Shown here: piece after piece, positions 50,669 through 64,000 of the stretch | Layout of the letters: the number at the start of each line of letters is the position of its first letter | How positions within the stretch are numbered: position 1 is the stretch's first letter | Origin: Camelus ferus | Lineage: Eukaryota | Direction: 5' to 3' | Assembly: GCF_009834535.1 (NCBI RefSeq) | Contig: NC_045697.1 | Coordinates: 18,540,001 to 18,604,000, forward strand | DNA: 64,000 nt | The notes under the pieces: generated by a model | What the model was told of the DNA's origin: nothing | Seen by the model: the letters and a program-made list of their open reading frames with translations, nothing else | The model's database searches: none | Position numbers and translations under genes: made by a program

Positions 50669-52289
50669 CCAATCGTATCCAAAGAGGAGACGAATGCCAC
50701 CCAACATGAAAACTAAGGCACTAGCTATTGCGGCCCATAATGGTAATGATTAACCACAAGCCACTCCCTCTCTGGGTTCAGATCCAAATGAGAAATGGAC
50801 AGAGGGCTTGGTCAGAAATGGGGAAGAAGCTGCATTGTTTCTGGCAGTGAGGCTGGAGAAGGTGGAGGCTTCTGTCTAAGACATGGTTGGGCTTCTGAAT
50901 ATTTTCCCCTGACTGAAGACCTTGGCACAGACCCTCTCCCAGAAGATGGGCCAGAGCCCTAACCCACAGGTCTGCTTCCACCCGGACGCCGAGGATGCCT
51001 GCTTCCAGAGAGCAGGCTGCTCTGCGGGAGAGCCTTAGAAGAGCCTTCCCCTATCTCACCCTCCAGAGGAAGTCACTTCTCTTTCTAGGGGGTGAAGAAG
51101 GAAGAGTGGGGAGTGACAGACATGTTTCTCCCACATGCTTCTCTCCTGGGAGGGGGCCGAGAGTCCCCGCCCCCAAGGAAATGTGGGGCGTGGGGGACAC
51201 ATTCCCCTCACTGAGCCCCACAAGGAAGTGCTTCAGGATGGGCTGATATCTGTAGAGTCAGGTTTAAGAAGGAAGTGAGCAGCAGTTTTTCCAAAGTCAG
51301 AAAGGAAATGGAAAAGTTTACATCACGTGAATCTCTGGAGGGCTGAGAAGGAGCATGTATGAGACTCAGAGTCTGAAGTTCAAATTCTCCCCAACTTCAG
51401 CCAGCTTGTAAGAAGGTGGAGGTGCCACTTAATATCTCTAGGCCTCCCTCCAGTCATCCACCAGACTAGGAGTGAGGAGATTAATCTGTCCTGGCTCTGG
51501 TCAAGTTCGAGATGAAGGCGGAAGGGCTGGGTGGACTCAGTAGTACCAATTATCATGGGTACCAGTAAGAACCAGTGTCACACTCAACACATGGGTGACT
51601 GGGGAATCCACACCACTGCCACTCTGGTGGCTGGCCCTCCCTCATCGACCTCTCCCCCCACTTTCCTGCTAGATCTGCCCACCTCACCAACCTCTTTCAG
51701 CATCCGCTCTGCCCCCAGACCCCAAGAGACGGAATTTATGTTTCCTGCCCCCTCAAGTGCCGCTGCGGTTCACATTTAAGAACTCTCCCACACTAACCGC
51801 AGTCTCTGTGCCCTTAAACCATGCTCTGATGTTATCACTATGTCTGGTTCGGAGGTTCTAGGGATTTGCGTGTCTCAAAAATGAGCCCCTTTTCTTATCA
51901 GATAGAGTTCTGAATTTAGTGGAGAACGGTCTTCCTCGGCACAAGCAAACCCCCACCCCAGAGGCTCTTCCTAAACGTTAGATGTTGACGGCAAACTCTC
52001 TAGCCATATTCCCTACAGCTGCCCCCTCTCTCGTGTGTCCACACCAGCAACATTTCGACCCGGGAAGGTCTGCCCAGTCATCAGACGCATCCTATAGATA
52101 AGGACCACAATTTCTAGAGGAATTAAGTAACCTGGCCAAGATCCCACTGCAAGAAAGAGGCTAAGTAGGGAGCTTCCTGGGGACTTTTTTCTCACCGGCT
52201 GAGACTGGAGTCAGGAAAGCAGACCTCTGGCCCCCAGCTAGTACAAATGTGGTCAGCCCCTTGAAGTCTGGCTCGGTCCTAGACTCTGC

Positions 52290-52545
52290 ATATTTACCTC
52301 CCATGTGCCAGGCACCGGGTGAAGCCCTTCACAGACATCACCTTATTGAATCCTCATAACAGCCCGAGATGTACAGCCTGAGGGAAGCTACATAACCTTT
52401 CTATGTCTCAGTTTCCCCATCTGAAAAAGTGGATTCTAAAAAGTCCCCACCTCTTAGGGTGGCTGTGACAGTCTCATGAGTTAACACACTTACAGCGCTT
52501 AGAACAGTGCCGGGCAGAGAAAGCACTGCCTGACTGAGTATTTGT
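52290..52545. mobile_element. two abutting MIR fragments in opposite orientation
   Basis: atgtgccaggcacc...aatcctcataacagccc (-), then ctcagtttccccatctgaaaaa...agaacagtgcc (+). Confidence 0.75.
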
Positions 52546-54004
52546 GATACAAATAATGGTACAAGGACAGTGGTGGATACAGGAACACGGAGGAGGAGGG
52601 CCCCTGCCCCAGGCTTAACAGGTGAGAGAAAATTTCCTAGGAAGCCACCTACCTGGTGAAGCGCTAAGCCACGTTGCCTCTAGGGGACTACAGGGGACAT
52701 TTTCTCTAGTCCCCTCCAATGGTCACATGTGAAATGCTGCTTCGGATGGGAGTGAATGTTCCCTCCAACACGTAGATACGCGTGCTGGTCCTTACTTATA
52801 GGCAGACTGACAATGGAGAACTCGTGTTCCCCCATCTGACCAACTCTGAGAACAATGTCAGGGGCTTCCTGTAATGAAAGGGACTAAAAACACTTTTTGA
52901 TGTTGGAGAAGTGGAGGTTGAGCAACACTGACTGAGTGAAATACAGAAACAATACCAAATGGTACCCAAGCAGCCATGCAAGCAGCCCACCTGGCCTTTG
53001 ATCTCTCAATCTTGCCCTAAGACTCGGTGCGTCTTGTTTTGTTCTGGGAGGCCATGCTGTGTCTTTGTGTTTGCAAGCTTCATCTAATTGTCTAGAGAAA
53101 AAAGTTGTTCAACTGTGACTAATGTTGAATTATAGCGTGAGATGGTTGCCAGCAAATTGAACACCTAAATAATATAACTTTCTCTTCTTTGCAACCCTTT
53201 GAAGAGCTTGAAGAACTGGGAATTTGCTTAGTGCTTTTGGACTCAACAACCACTTCCGTATTTATTACCAAATTATTGTTAGAATCAGGTATACTTCACA
53301 TACCATCATAGTTTCGGTTAAATTTAACTTTTGTTAAACCCCAGTGGAATAGTCTTTATGGTTTGTAAAACTCATCATATATATTATTTCCTCTTACTCT
53401 CTTCCCAGCTCAATAAGAGATAGTCAGGACCCCCACCACAACCACCCCCTTTTACAGATGAAGAAACCGAAGCACGGGGCAGTGAGGAACTTGTCTGAGC
53501 TCACACGGCGGGCGGATGACAGCCAGCCTTCTGATGGTACAGCAGCCCCTCATTCCGTGCCTCCCCGCCAACTCCCTGGAATTCCATTTTATTCTCTGTT
53601 TGGGGTATCCTCCTTGTTATAAATTTCCTCTGTTTATGATGGCCGATCTCCAAAAGAGGCCTCAGCCTGGCCAAGAGGAACCTTCTCTTTCTCTTTGCAA
53701 GTAAGTTTTTCCTCTTCTCCTGTCTGGAAAAAGTGGCTCAGCAGCCAATTCAGTGAGCAATTCAGTGATTTAGGAACAAATATGTGGTAGAGCTGAGTCT
53801 CTCCAGATGTTGAGCAAAATGACCTAAGACACACTTGGACTTTTGGGGTCTGACACCTCTTTTGGCCAAACAAAGGGAAAGGGGGCCCCATAAACACTTG
53901 AAAGATTAATGATAATATTCTTATTCAAGAAGGCCTACTATGTACAGATGCTCTACAGAAAGCTGGGACTCAGGATGACTAGCTGGTGAATAATTATATG
54001 ATTA

Positions 54005-54367
54005 TGTGATAAAATATTACAATTTGCTTCCCTTCCATTTCCGTCCCTACAGGAGGATTTTCCACCTTTGCACTGTTGAACTCAGGAGTGGCTGGATGAT
54101 TGGTATTGGCCTATGACAAGTACACAAAGGTGACACATGTCTTCCAGCTCATGTTGGGCTCCTCTGTTTTCCATGTGCCACACTGGCTGGCAATGTTCCA
54201 GAGAGAGGTGGCTCTGGGTCCCAGAGAGGCGTGGGGAAGCCAAGCTTTAGCCAGTGCAGAATGGCCATGTCATATAAGCAAGCCCTCTTTCTCTGCTGTG
54301 TGTTTAACCACTAATGTTTTCATATGGTTGTTATAGCAGCAGGATCTAGCCTCTCCCAACTGGTAAA
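54005..54367 (+). mobile_element. MLT1H/I-like LTR
   Basis: tttaaccactaa...gttgttatagcagcaggatctagcct...actggta 3' end. Confidence 0.7.
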
Positions 54368-54925
54368 TTTGTATGAGCTCCCATAACTGGTACATAATTG
54401 AACCAAAATAGTTTTCCAGAATTAAACGAATGCCTACTAAGTTGGATTAACTATGCTAAGTGCTTTCCCTATATTATCTTAATGAGTCCTCACAGTGACC
54501 CTGTAACTTGTATGTAGAGTTCTTCTCCCAATATTTCAATCAGGGACATTTCAGCTCACATTGCTCAAAAGGAGCAGATCCAGGACTGGAACCCAGATTG
54601 CTCTGAATTCATACCCCAGTTTCATAATGACTACTTCATGCTGTATCCTTGCTCACTTCTTCAGGACACAGAGCTGGGGAGATTGAAAAAGAGTAGACTG
54701 CATTTTCTCACCAGTATCAGACTGTCAGATGGCACTCATGCACTTATAAAGTCAAGAGAATAACAATAATGTGACCCACCCCAAATTATGAACAATTACC
54801 TAAGGAACACCCTGTCTATGGACAAAGGAGGTGGATATATTTGTTGCTTCCTTGACACGTCTCCATTCCTGATTAACTCCTTCTTCAGTTTAGAAATCCT
54901 GCTCAGCTACTGACCTATAGTTCCT

Positions 54926-55040
54926 ACCTTTCTCCTTCTCCTCCTCCTCCTCCTTTTCCTTCTTGATGGAGGTACTGGGTATTGAACCTAAGACCTCGTG
55001 CATGCTAAGCACATGCTCTACCACTTAGCTATACTCACCC
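54926..55040 (-). mobile_element. tRNA-Ala-derived camelid SINE with a purine-repeat tail
   Basis: tggaggtactgggtattgaacc...gcatgctaagcac...ctaccacttagctatac. Confidence 0.85.
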
Positions 55041-55099
55041 CCACCACCCTCTTCTTGGTGCACAAATGAAGATACTAGGTCTACCTCCCACTCTGACAG

Positions 55100-55350
55100 C
55101 AGACAAACAGTATCTCGGGGAATGGAAACAACAAAGACTTTGGAAGGAAACAGATCTGAGTTCAAGTTTCGACTTTGCTACTTACTAGATTGGGGACTGG
55201 GTGAGTTGCTTGAGAAAGTCTGCACCTATAAAATGGAACACATAAGATAATTATGCCTACCTCACTGGACTATTGGGAGCAGAAATTGGGATCGTTTGAC
55301 AAGTATCTTGGACAGGGCCTGGCATATAATAGGTACTTGATGGATATTAG
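55100..55350 (+). mobile_element. MIR SINE
   Basis: ctgagttcaag...ctacttactag...ctataaaatgg...cctggcatataataggtac. Confidence 0.8.
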
Positions 55351-56269
55351 TTCCTTTAAGAATTTACCCAAAAAACATGGCGTGGATCCTCTGCTTTCCT
55401 GCCTGCCCTTGCCCTTTGCCTGTAATCCCTGCCCCTCACCCCCTGCCCACACACACCTTCCATGCTGACTCCAGGGGAGGTGCTGGCTTCCACTTGTATG
55501 TGTTTCCTGATCTGACTGGGGCCTCAGCATACATCTTCATCCTGAGAACATGGTTTGGAAATGGAGATTGGGTGGCTTGAAAACTAGACTGAGCTTGAAG
55601 AATGTTAAGAGTTAAACAAACCAGAGACAAGTTTTGGAAACTAATTATTTTTAGAAATATCATTTATAGGGGAAAATGCAAACCAAGTTCCAAATACTCA
55701 ACTCCCAGCAAACATGTGGATCACAATCCTTTGAAACTGAGAGGTAAATACACATGCTTGTATATATTTATACCAATCATTTCCTTATATGTATTTATTC
55801 CAGTTATTAAACAAAAAATATGTATTTTGACCATTTCCAACTAACTCCTACAGTTACTAAAACATTTTCTAAGTGACCAATAAAATACCATCTTTTTCTC
55901 AGCCCTTCAGCCCTCAAGCCGAGGTGTGGAGCAGGGGACCCACGAGTCAACCTGAGGTCCATGCTCTCTGAGTCATTGATCTCCTCACCTTTTTCTTAAG
56001 AAAATCAGTAAGGAAGGCTTTTCAAACATGCAACTGCTTCCACAGTGGAAGCCTGAAGATCAGGCCTGGTAATCCTTGAGGTTTCTTCAATGAAGACACA
56101 GAAGAAAGAAATTCCATTTGACCATTGACACGTTGACATTTTCTCTCCATTCACCATATTGACCATGTTGAGAAGACAGTACAGTGTGTGTTTCTTCACC
56201 ATGTTATCCATGTAATTCAGATTCTCTCCTGGACACAAACAAACATCAGTGAGGTGCCAAAAAGGGTAG

Positions 56270-56480
56270 ATAGAGCCCAGGGATTCAGGCAGACCTGATT
56301 TCAAACCCTGTCTCTGATGTGAACAACTTCTATAACGGAGGCAAGAAATTTAACCTGTGGGCTGCAGTCCCTCAACCATAAAATGGGGATAATAATTCCC
56401 ACTTCACAGAGTATTGCAAGGATTAAAGACCTTGTATAACACTACCTAGTGCACAATACCTACTCAAGGAATGACTACTG
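56270..56480 (+). mobile_element. MIR SINE
   Basis: taaaatggggataataattcccacttcacagag. Confidence 0.8.
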
Positions 56481-56811
56481 TCATTAATGGAATCTAAGGT
56501 CAAGTTGACAATCTGGTGTTATGTGTATCAGCTGACAAAGAATTGCATTTCAAAAACCCATCAGATTGAGTCTCAAGCATCAGGCTAATGATTTATCCAG
56601 TTCCAGATTTACTCAGACAAATATGGAATTGGGGTTTCTGGTTAAAACTAAATCTTCCTATAGGTTAATATTAATGCTCTAAGCAGCCTATTTACTTTTT
56701 AAGGAAAAATTAATTATGCTATTTTAGGGAATACACAGAGACCAGTATAAAGTGAGGTGAGTGACAAAAAGTAGTCATAAATTTATGCAATCCCTGTATG
56801 CATTCTTCATT

Positions 56812-57281
56812 GTTTTATGATTTTGTTCCTCCCCCCACCACAAAATAGAGTTCATTTCTTGACACCTTGACTCTAGGCTTGGCTTTGTAATTTACTTTGA
56901 TCAACAGGTCAAGAGCAAATGTGATTTAGACAGAGGCACACTGGAGTGTGCCCTCTCTTGCTTCCCTGAGACCACCACGTAAAGAACCTCAGGGTAGCCT
57001 ACTAGAGGATGAGAAACCACATGGAGTAGCAGTAGGTTTTCTCAGCTGGTAACAAACACTAACTTCCAGACGTGTAAGTGAAACCATTTTGGACCAACCA
57101 GCCTCAGTTAAGCTACCAGATACCGGCAGCCATAAAATTGACCCCAAGTGAAACCAACAGATGAGCCACCTGGCTGAGCCCAGCCCAAATTGCTGACCCA
57201 CAGAATCATGAGCAAGTAACACAGTTGTTGTCTTAAACAGTTTTGAGATGGTTTGTCATGCACAAAAGGTAACTCATTCAC
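56812..57281 (+). mobile_element. MLT1F/G-like LTR
   Basis: gctgagcccagcccaaattgctgacccacagaatcatgagc. Confidence 0.85.
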
Positions 57282-57624
57282 AGTCTTTCACAGGTGGTTC
57301 TTTGGGTGGCTGCTGGGTTCACAGTAAATCCCCAATCTCTAGGCATTGCCCCTAAGTCATAGCTGCCCTGCTCCCTTGGCCATAGTTTCTTGGTCAAGAG
57401 TGAGCCCTGTGTGAGACTGGGCCAATCACATTCCCACTCGCATCGCAGCAGTGCTGTAGATGGCTGGCCCAACTACTGTCATTGCTGAGGGTCTGGGGTT
57501 GCCTTGGTTCTGCTCTTTTCAAGGCCTGGTTGTTCTAGTTCCTTATATTTGATGAGCTTCCCTGGTATCCTTCAGATCAGTTCCATTTCTCTTCAAGATA
57601 ACTAGCTTTGCTTTCTGTTCCTTC

Positions 57625-57830
57625 TTTTTAAAAAATTTTTGTTGAAGTATAGTTGATTTTCAATATTGTATTAGTTATAGGTGTATAGCATAGTGATTCA
57701 GTATTTTTACAGATTTTAATTCATTAAAAGTTATTATAAGATAATGGGTATAATTCCCTGTGCTATACAGTATATCCCTGTTACTTGTCCATTTTATACA
57801 CAGTTATTTGTATCTCTTAATCCCATAACC
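57625..57830 (-). mobile_element. L1 3' end (same type as 2285-2605), adjacent to an ERVL-like LTR at ~57282-57620
   Basis: ttgaagtatagttgattt...ccctgtgctatacagta. Confidence 0.85.
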
Positions 57831-58317
57831 TCCAAATTCCTAATGAATAAAAGTCCTCATTGAAAAGTTTGACCCTCTAGATTTCTGAGGCAAGAGGCAA
57901 GCATAGTTGGTAAGTATATTTGAACGTTCCTTGTACACAGAACACCATGCCGGCCTCTGCAGAGGAAGAAAGGGTGAAAAGAAGGTACCAACCTCACCCT
58001 CATGGAGTCTCCAATGTAAATGTCCTCTTGGCTCAATTTTCTCCCAACTTTTTCCTTGATTTATAGACTGGCAACTAAAGAGAATTCTGCCAAGTCAGTA
58101 GACTTTGAATTATTCCTAGTTAACTTGAATTCTAAGACCGTGTGTCATCCTTAGCTTTACTGGGAAAACCCACAAGCACATCTGATTCTTCACTCCTTGC
58201 CTAAGGCCATTCACATCCTTGAAAGATGAGGAACTAAAAGTCACTTCTCTTTCTGAGTATCCCACAGCCCAAAAAGGATCTAATGCCCTTCCTTGTGACT
58301 TTTAAGAAGACTCACTT

Positions 58318-58375
58318 ATCCTCTCTCTTTCTTTCTCTCCCTCTCTCTCCCTCTCTGTCTCTGTTTCTCTCTCTT
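58318..58375. repeat. CT-rich low-complexity repeat
   Basis: Imperfect (CT)n. Confidence 0.8.
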
Positions 58376-58754
58376 TAAACTCAACCCCTTTTAGAACTCA
58401 GGCAATATAAGAAAAGCATTCATCTAACTGATCTTGGCTTTCATTTTCACTTTTACTTGAGTGGGGAGGAAACTTGAAAGTAAACTTCGCAAGATGGGAG
58501 AAGAGTGTGGGATGAATCATGAACCACCACATCTAAATGTGAGGAAATCAAAGTAGAGCCTGATGGTATTTCATAACCTTCTTCCTATGCATCTCCCTCA
58601 AACCAGGCCTTCGCTCCCAGAACTGAGGCAGCTCTCATCCACCCTTGTTCTCCCACAGTGTCCCTGAGTCTATTAAGGAGAAAGGGGCCTCCCCTCGCCC
58701 TGGTCTTCTGCTGTCTTATTGCAGTTAGAGCACCAAATACAAGCTCTGAATGAT

Positions 58755-59226
58755 TGTGGTAACTGGCAAAAATGTCTCCAGACACTACTCTCCCTGTTTC
58801 TACACTCACACTCTCGAGTCACAGAGACCATTTCTCCAGCCCTTGAATCTGGTCTGGGTTTGTGACTTGCTTTGACCAACAGAATGGGGCAGAAGTGATG
58901 CTGCCAGTTCTGGGGCTCAGGAGGCTTTGTACCCTATCACTACCTTTTCCTTCGGAAGGCTGCCACCACCATGTGCTCAGTATATGATCACCTTGTGATC
59001 AAGTCCCTGGAGGACTCATCTGCTAGGATGATAGATCACACGGAGCAGAAATGAGCCATCTGAGCTAAGGTCACCCTGGTTCAGCCAGTTTCAGCCAACC
59101 CAGCAGATACACGGTTGAGCCCAACTGAGCCAAGTCCAGATTGATGACCCACAGCTGGATAAATGGTTATTGTTTGGCATTATTAAGTTTTGGGTGGCGT
59201 GGTACATATGAAAGTTAACTGGCATA
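58755..59226 (+). mobile_element. MLT1F-like LTR
   Basis: cccttgaatctgg...tgtgacttgctttgaccaacagaatggggcagaagtgatg. Confidence 0.85.
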
Positions 59227-60061
59227 GTGAATTAAGCAGAAAAGGAGTTTATTAAAAGATTGTATCACCTGAAAAACCAGGGCACCGTGAAGCTCAGAGG
59301 CTATGCCCAGCACATCATAGAACTACGGCCACAGAATCATGCTCTGCCGTGGTGAACAGCAGCACTGAGACTGCACCATGACCCAGGACCCTGATAGCAG
59401 CTACTGGGACCATTGTCCTTAGGAAAGAGGATGGAGCTGTTTTTGCTGCCACCTGTCCCCAGAATTAGGTCACACGCAGGCAAGTTAGTCTATAAATTAA
59501 ATAATATATAAAGGAAAGGGCATCGAACCAACAAAGCAGAAGACCCGGAGCCAGGGTCCAGGAAGCCCCCAGTGTTGCTAGACATTAACCCTTTAGTAGC
59601 TGAATGGGGGAGGTTTAGCACAGCATTCCTGGGGCAGGACCTGGGGCACTGGGACATTTCTTTACCAAACGTTATAGAGCATGTCAATGTTTTAATAGCT
59701 AGCAATACCATACCAGTGCATACCATGTTTCCCTGCTAACTCAGTCTCTGGCAAGGAGAGTGCAATTGCATGCTTGGCTTAGGTTAATCAAGATCTCTCC
59801 CCATCTTGGTGACCTGGGGTTACAGTCACCTTTTCTGGGCACAGTCGGCAGGGGAACAAAAGGATAAAATCAGGACTCTGCTAACAATGAAGGAGGTGAT
59901 GAGGGAAGGTGAATTGGCAAAAACGATGGTTAGCGTCTGTGACATACCCCAATCCATTCCCCACTGATAAGGTGAAGGGAGGGGTGCAGGATAGGGCAGC
60001 TCAAGGCTCAGGGTTTTGCTCATCAGTTTACCCTGGAAACACAGCAAGGGTCACAGGGGCC

Positions 60062-60161
60062 CAGGGTGATCTCTGTCCCAGTCTACCTTTATCAGGGGGT
60101 TCCCAGGACAGAGGCTTTCCCTGCTAAAGTTGACAAAGCCTGGGACAAGTTGGTCACCTTA
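60062..60161 (-). mobile_element. MER81-like hAT element
   Basis: cagggtga...tgggacaagttggtcacctta termini. Confidence 0.65.
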
Positions 60162-62402
60162 TGGCAAGGCCAGTGGGTTCATGAGCTGCACGATGTCACT
60201 TAAGAGGGGCTAGAAAGGGCCAGAGAGGTCAGGGGTCTTGACCAACATCCCACTGCTGATTCATTCATCCCTTTTCTTCAACTAGTCACGCGTTCAACGT
60301 CACTTACGTTTTACAGTTCTGTGACGTTTTACAGTTCTACAGTTAAGGTTCTGTCTAGGGTTGGGGGACCCAGTTCACCCAATGACTTCAATTCTACAGA
60401 ACTAACTGAGGTCAGGAATATCAAGGCAGCCAGGAAACATGAAAGAAAATCAAATTAACCTAAAGCAGCTGTAACATCACTTCTTTCCTTTTCCCCTTTG
60501 GTAATTTGTTTTGCAGGCCACTCTTACATAAAAATCAGGCCTCAGATTTCAGGACAAGCCCAGGGAAAAAGGAGAAATAAAAAAAAGATGATTTCTTATT
60601 TGCCTTTACAGATATCCTCTGTAATCAAAGCACTTCCGAACACGCCACCCCACCAAAAAAAAAAAAAAGCTTATGTCTGCATTTTTCCCCTCAGAGAGAA
60701 TGTTGACTTTCTTCTCTTCATTTTGACACTTTCACTTCCTTTGTTGCAAGGTGAAGTGGGCACCAGATTCAGGGTGCACAAGGCTGTCTCTTTCTGTACC
60801 CGAGCCTCCAAAAAGAACCCATATTAAGAGTTTCTCTCCAAGATGATCAGACTGCTCTACCCAGCATTGTTGAGGTGAGTGAATCCTCTAATGAATTCTC
60901 GATGTCACACTGCCCATAAAATACCTAATATGTTTTAGTTTATGATCTATGAATAAGTAAATTGCTTTTGCACTGCCACTTCAAGACGCAGCGAACTCTC
61001 TCCTCTGCCCGTTCATCTCCACCCGGGAGCGTGCTGGGTACATCGCCTTCTCTCTGAGGAGGCCTCAGGTTACTCAGCAGAGACTGAGGCGGGCTTCAAG
61101 AGATGAGGTTTCTATGCCCCTAATGAGATGCTCTCCCGTCCTCACAGCCAACAGCACTGCTTCGTGGGCCCTTCCCCTTCTCCTCATGCTTCTCTTACTC
61201 TGTCCTTTCTTTCACTTACTCTCACAGGGAAACACAAGGAATGTTCTAGAATCAAAGACAACTCTATTCCTTCTAGGTATTTTAAATTTTAAATGTTTCC
61301 TTTTCAATAAGGTCTTCCAGACATGCATCTGTTGGTAGGTAACACGGATCAAGTTCCTAGTTTATTTGGAAGCAGGCAGCTCTCTCTTTGCACAGTGTTG
61401 GGTTCTGCTGGGGACGCCCAAGGGCCTGCAATGTCCTTGCTGTCCTCCAAATTGTAATCTAATTAAGAGACAAGAGTAGCATTCATTCATACGTATGTTC
61501 AGTACATGACTGGAGAGTGCCTACTGTATACTGGGTCTTTGGTAAGCTATCCAAGGAGTTTCCAAGCTCTGAGCTCTGGTCACCAGGGCAGGGGTTGGGA
61601 ATGAATTTATGAAAAAAAAGTCAAAAATATCCACATATATCAGAAGCATTGCCTGCATATTTATATTCTCTTCTTATCCATGCATTTATTTGACAAATAT
61701 TTCCTGAGTGTCATATACATGCCTGATGGAAGAGTGTCTCAGACATGTCTGCATATTTTGTATTTATATGGATGCAGTTGTAATAAACTAAATGTGAATC
61801 CATTTAGAGATTTTACTGAATTTGTAATGTCCTTGTTGCCCTTGAGCATTTTCTCAATGGATGCCAGAGTTCATTGTCATCATGGAACTGCACAAAAAGA
61901 GTTAATATTTAGAAAATATTTCCTTATACTGGAAAATATGGGAACTTCTGCAAGAGAGGGCTGACACGAGGCGTAACAATACCAGGTGTGGGGTTTGTAG
62001 AACAGCCAAGAATCTACAGACAAAAAACCAGAAGGCATCAATCCTGTGTCTAAGCAACACTTACCCACGTCAGGCTATGGTCTGAAAAGGGCATTACTCT
62101 AAATAATGCATATAAAGCCCTTCCTTTAAAATTATTTAATAACATATTAAATTATTTTATATAATTAGTATACATGACATATAGCAAACAAATAAATCCA
62201 GAACATCCAAATCTTCTCCTCCCCGAACAATCCCTGTTGTTTAGCTCCATTTCTACAGTTTAAGTTTTTCTAAAGCAAAATATACTATAATTCTCTGTGC
62301 CCATGGTTCTTTATACTTTTCCAAGTGATTTCCCCGCACGTTGTTTGTTTGAACATCACCAAATCTGTGAAATGTAGAAAGGACAGGAATCATTATCCCC
62401 AT

Positions 62403-62980
62403 CCCTTGGTTTTTTTCCCTCCAGTTTTACTGATATGTAATTGACAAACAGTGCTCTACGAGTTTATGGGGTGAAGCATGATGATCTGACCGGCATATAT
62501 CATGAAATGATGACCACAATAAGTTCAATGAACATCCATCTTCTCATACAGATGCAACTTTAAAGAAATAGGAAAAAAAAAAAAAAGATTTCCTTGTGAT
62601 GAGAACTCTAAGGATTTACTCTCTTAACAACTTTCATATATAACGTGCAGCAGTGTTAATTATATTGGTCATGTTGTGCATTACATCCCTAGTACTCATT
62701 TACCTTATAGCTGGAAGTCTGTACCTTTTGACTTCCTTCATGCAAGTCCCCCTGCCCCCAACCCCCTGCCTTCAGTAACCACAAATCTGATCTCTTTTTC
62801 TCTGTGTTTGTTTATTTTTGAAGTATAATTGACCTACAATGCAATGTTAGTTTCCGTTACTCAACACAGTGATTCAATATTTCTATATGTTTCAAAATGA
62901 TCATTGTGATAAGTCTAGTTACCATTTGTTCCTATACAAGGCTACTATATAATTATTGGCTATACTCCCCACATTGTACA
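62403..62980 (-). mobile_element. L1 3'UTR inserted into a MIR, with TSD
   Basis: TSD cattatccccat (62391-62402) / cagtatccccat (62981-62992); homologous to the 3'UTR at ~33120-33660. Confidence 0.85.
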
Positions 62981-63214
62981 CAGTATCCCCATTTCATAGA
63001 TGAAGTTAGAGTGTTGAAGAATAGGCAGTGAGCTATGCAGATACAAAATGGGCAAGGGTTAGCTAGGTAAATCGTCAGGAAAATGGATTGTGAATAAACT
63101 TAAAATGATCTTGGAACATGCAACCTGGAATTTGGGAAGGAAAAGACAAGCGAAAACCCCATTCTTCTACTGGAGATCATCCAAGTTCTAATTAAGAATA
63201 CCATGCTCACTTTA

Positions 63215-63350
63215 TTTTTATTTACTTTTTTTGAGGGGGAAGTGATTAGGTTTATTTTATTTATTTATTGTGAATGGAGGTACTGGGGATTGAACCCAGG
63301 ACCTCATACATGCTAAGCATGCACTCTACCACTGAGCTACACCCTCCCCC
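63215..63350 (-). mobile_element. tRNA-Ala-derived camelid SINE (Vic-1 type), full length
   Basis: TSD taccatgctc[a/c]cttta at 63199-63214 and 63351-63366; A and B boxes on the - strand. Confidence 0.92.
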
Positions 63351-63689
63351 TACCATGCTCCCTTTAAATGCCAATCTCTTAAATGTGAAGTAGAGACATT
63401 TTAACAGGACCCAGGGAAAAAAAGGAGTAAAAACATATTTTTGAAAGAATAGAGAAAAACCTCAGAAAAGAAAGACCAAGAAGCAGAGTATTTCACAACA
63501 GGAAAAATTAAAAGTAACTAAGTGAGGCTCGAGTCGGCTGAATGGAATTCCACCAGTCAAGCATTTCTGTTAACTGTACTTCCATGGAACTATAATTCGT
63601 GTGACCTTAAAAAATCCTGAAGATTAAATTATAATGGGCCTTGTTTTAGACAATGCGTATTTAAGTGAAAGATAGCACCAAGAAAAAGA

Positions 63690-63890
63690 TGGGCTTGGGT
63701 TTGAATTTTGCATTCAGCACACAGCCATCAGGAAACTCCTTAATACTCAATCTCGCCAAACTTCCATTTTTTTCCATCTCTCAACTGAGGGTGATAATAC
63801 TCTCGTTGCATAGTTGTTTCAAGAATTTGAAATGTTTGCTGTATGCGAAGCACCTAGTAAGACACCCAGAACACAGCAGAAACTCAGGCA
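63690..63890 (+). mobile_element. MIR SINE
   Basis: tgggtttgaatt...gtgataatac...gttgtttcaagaatt. Confidence 0.65.
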
Positions 63891-64000
63891 GTCGGATCTC
63901 GTATGTTGGCTGGCGGTGCTGGTTTAAATTAAGTATGAATTCTTGTGACCTGAGCACTAGACTCTGAGTAAAGGCCTGGGTTTGAGTCCCGACTCTTTCA

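Noticed and set aside
1..64000. CRISPR arrays, operons or other prokaryote-type systems
   Set aside because: The sequence is mammalian; no regularly spaced repeat-spacer arrays or dense ORFs were seen.

Overview
Repeat-rich, apparently non-coding mammalian genomic DNA, most likely from a camelid: three copies of a tRNA-Ala-derived SINE of the camelid Vic-1 type are present. I found no intact protein-coding gene, no convincing coding exon and no genuine RNA gene. The window is a patchwork of old eutherian repeats (L2, MIR, MLT1/MaLR and ERVL LTRs, hAT MER elements) and younger L1 3' ends and SINEs with target-site duplications (TSDs). The only recognisable protein homologies are L1 ORF2 remnants and a decayed class I (gamma-like) endogenous retrovirus at ~38.8-41.2 kb (RNase H end, integrase, env TM remnant, complete 3' LTR with a CpG-rich NRF1/YY1/Sp1-type motif cluster). 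Other notable structures are a two-LTR MaLR provirus with nested insertions (0.8-4.0 kb), a probable short L1 3' transduction, an inverted L1 pair and an unidentified mRNA-like segment near 17.5-18.4 kb. I cannot support a previously undescribed biological system here. Repeat subfamily names come from recall of consensus sequences and need RepeatMasker/Dfam confirmation. Boundaries of old repeats are approximate.
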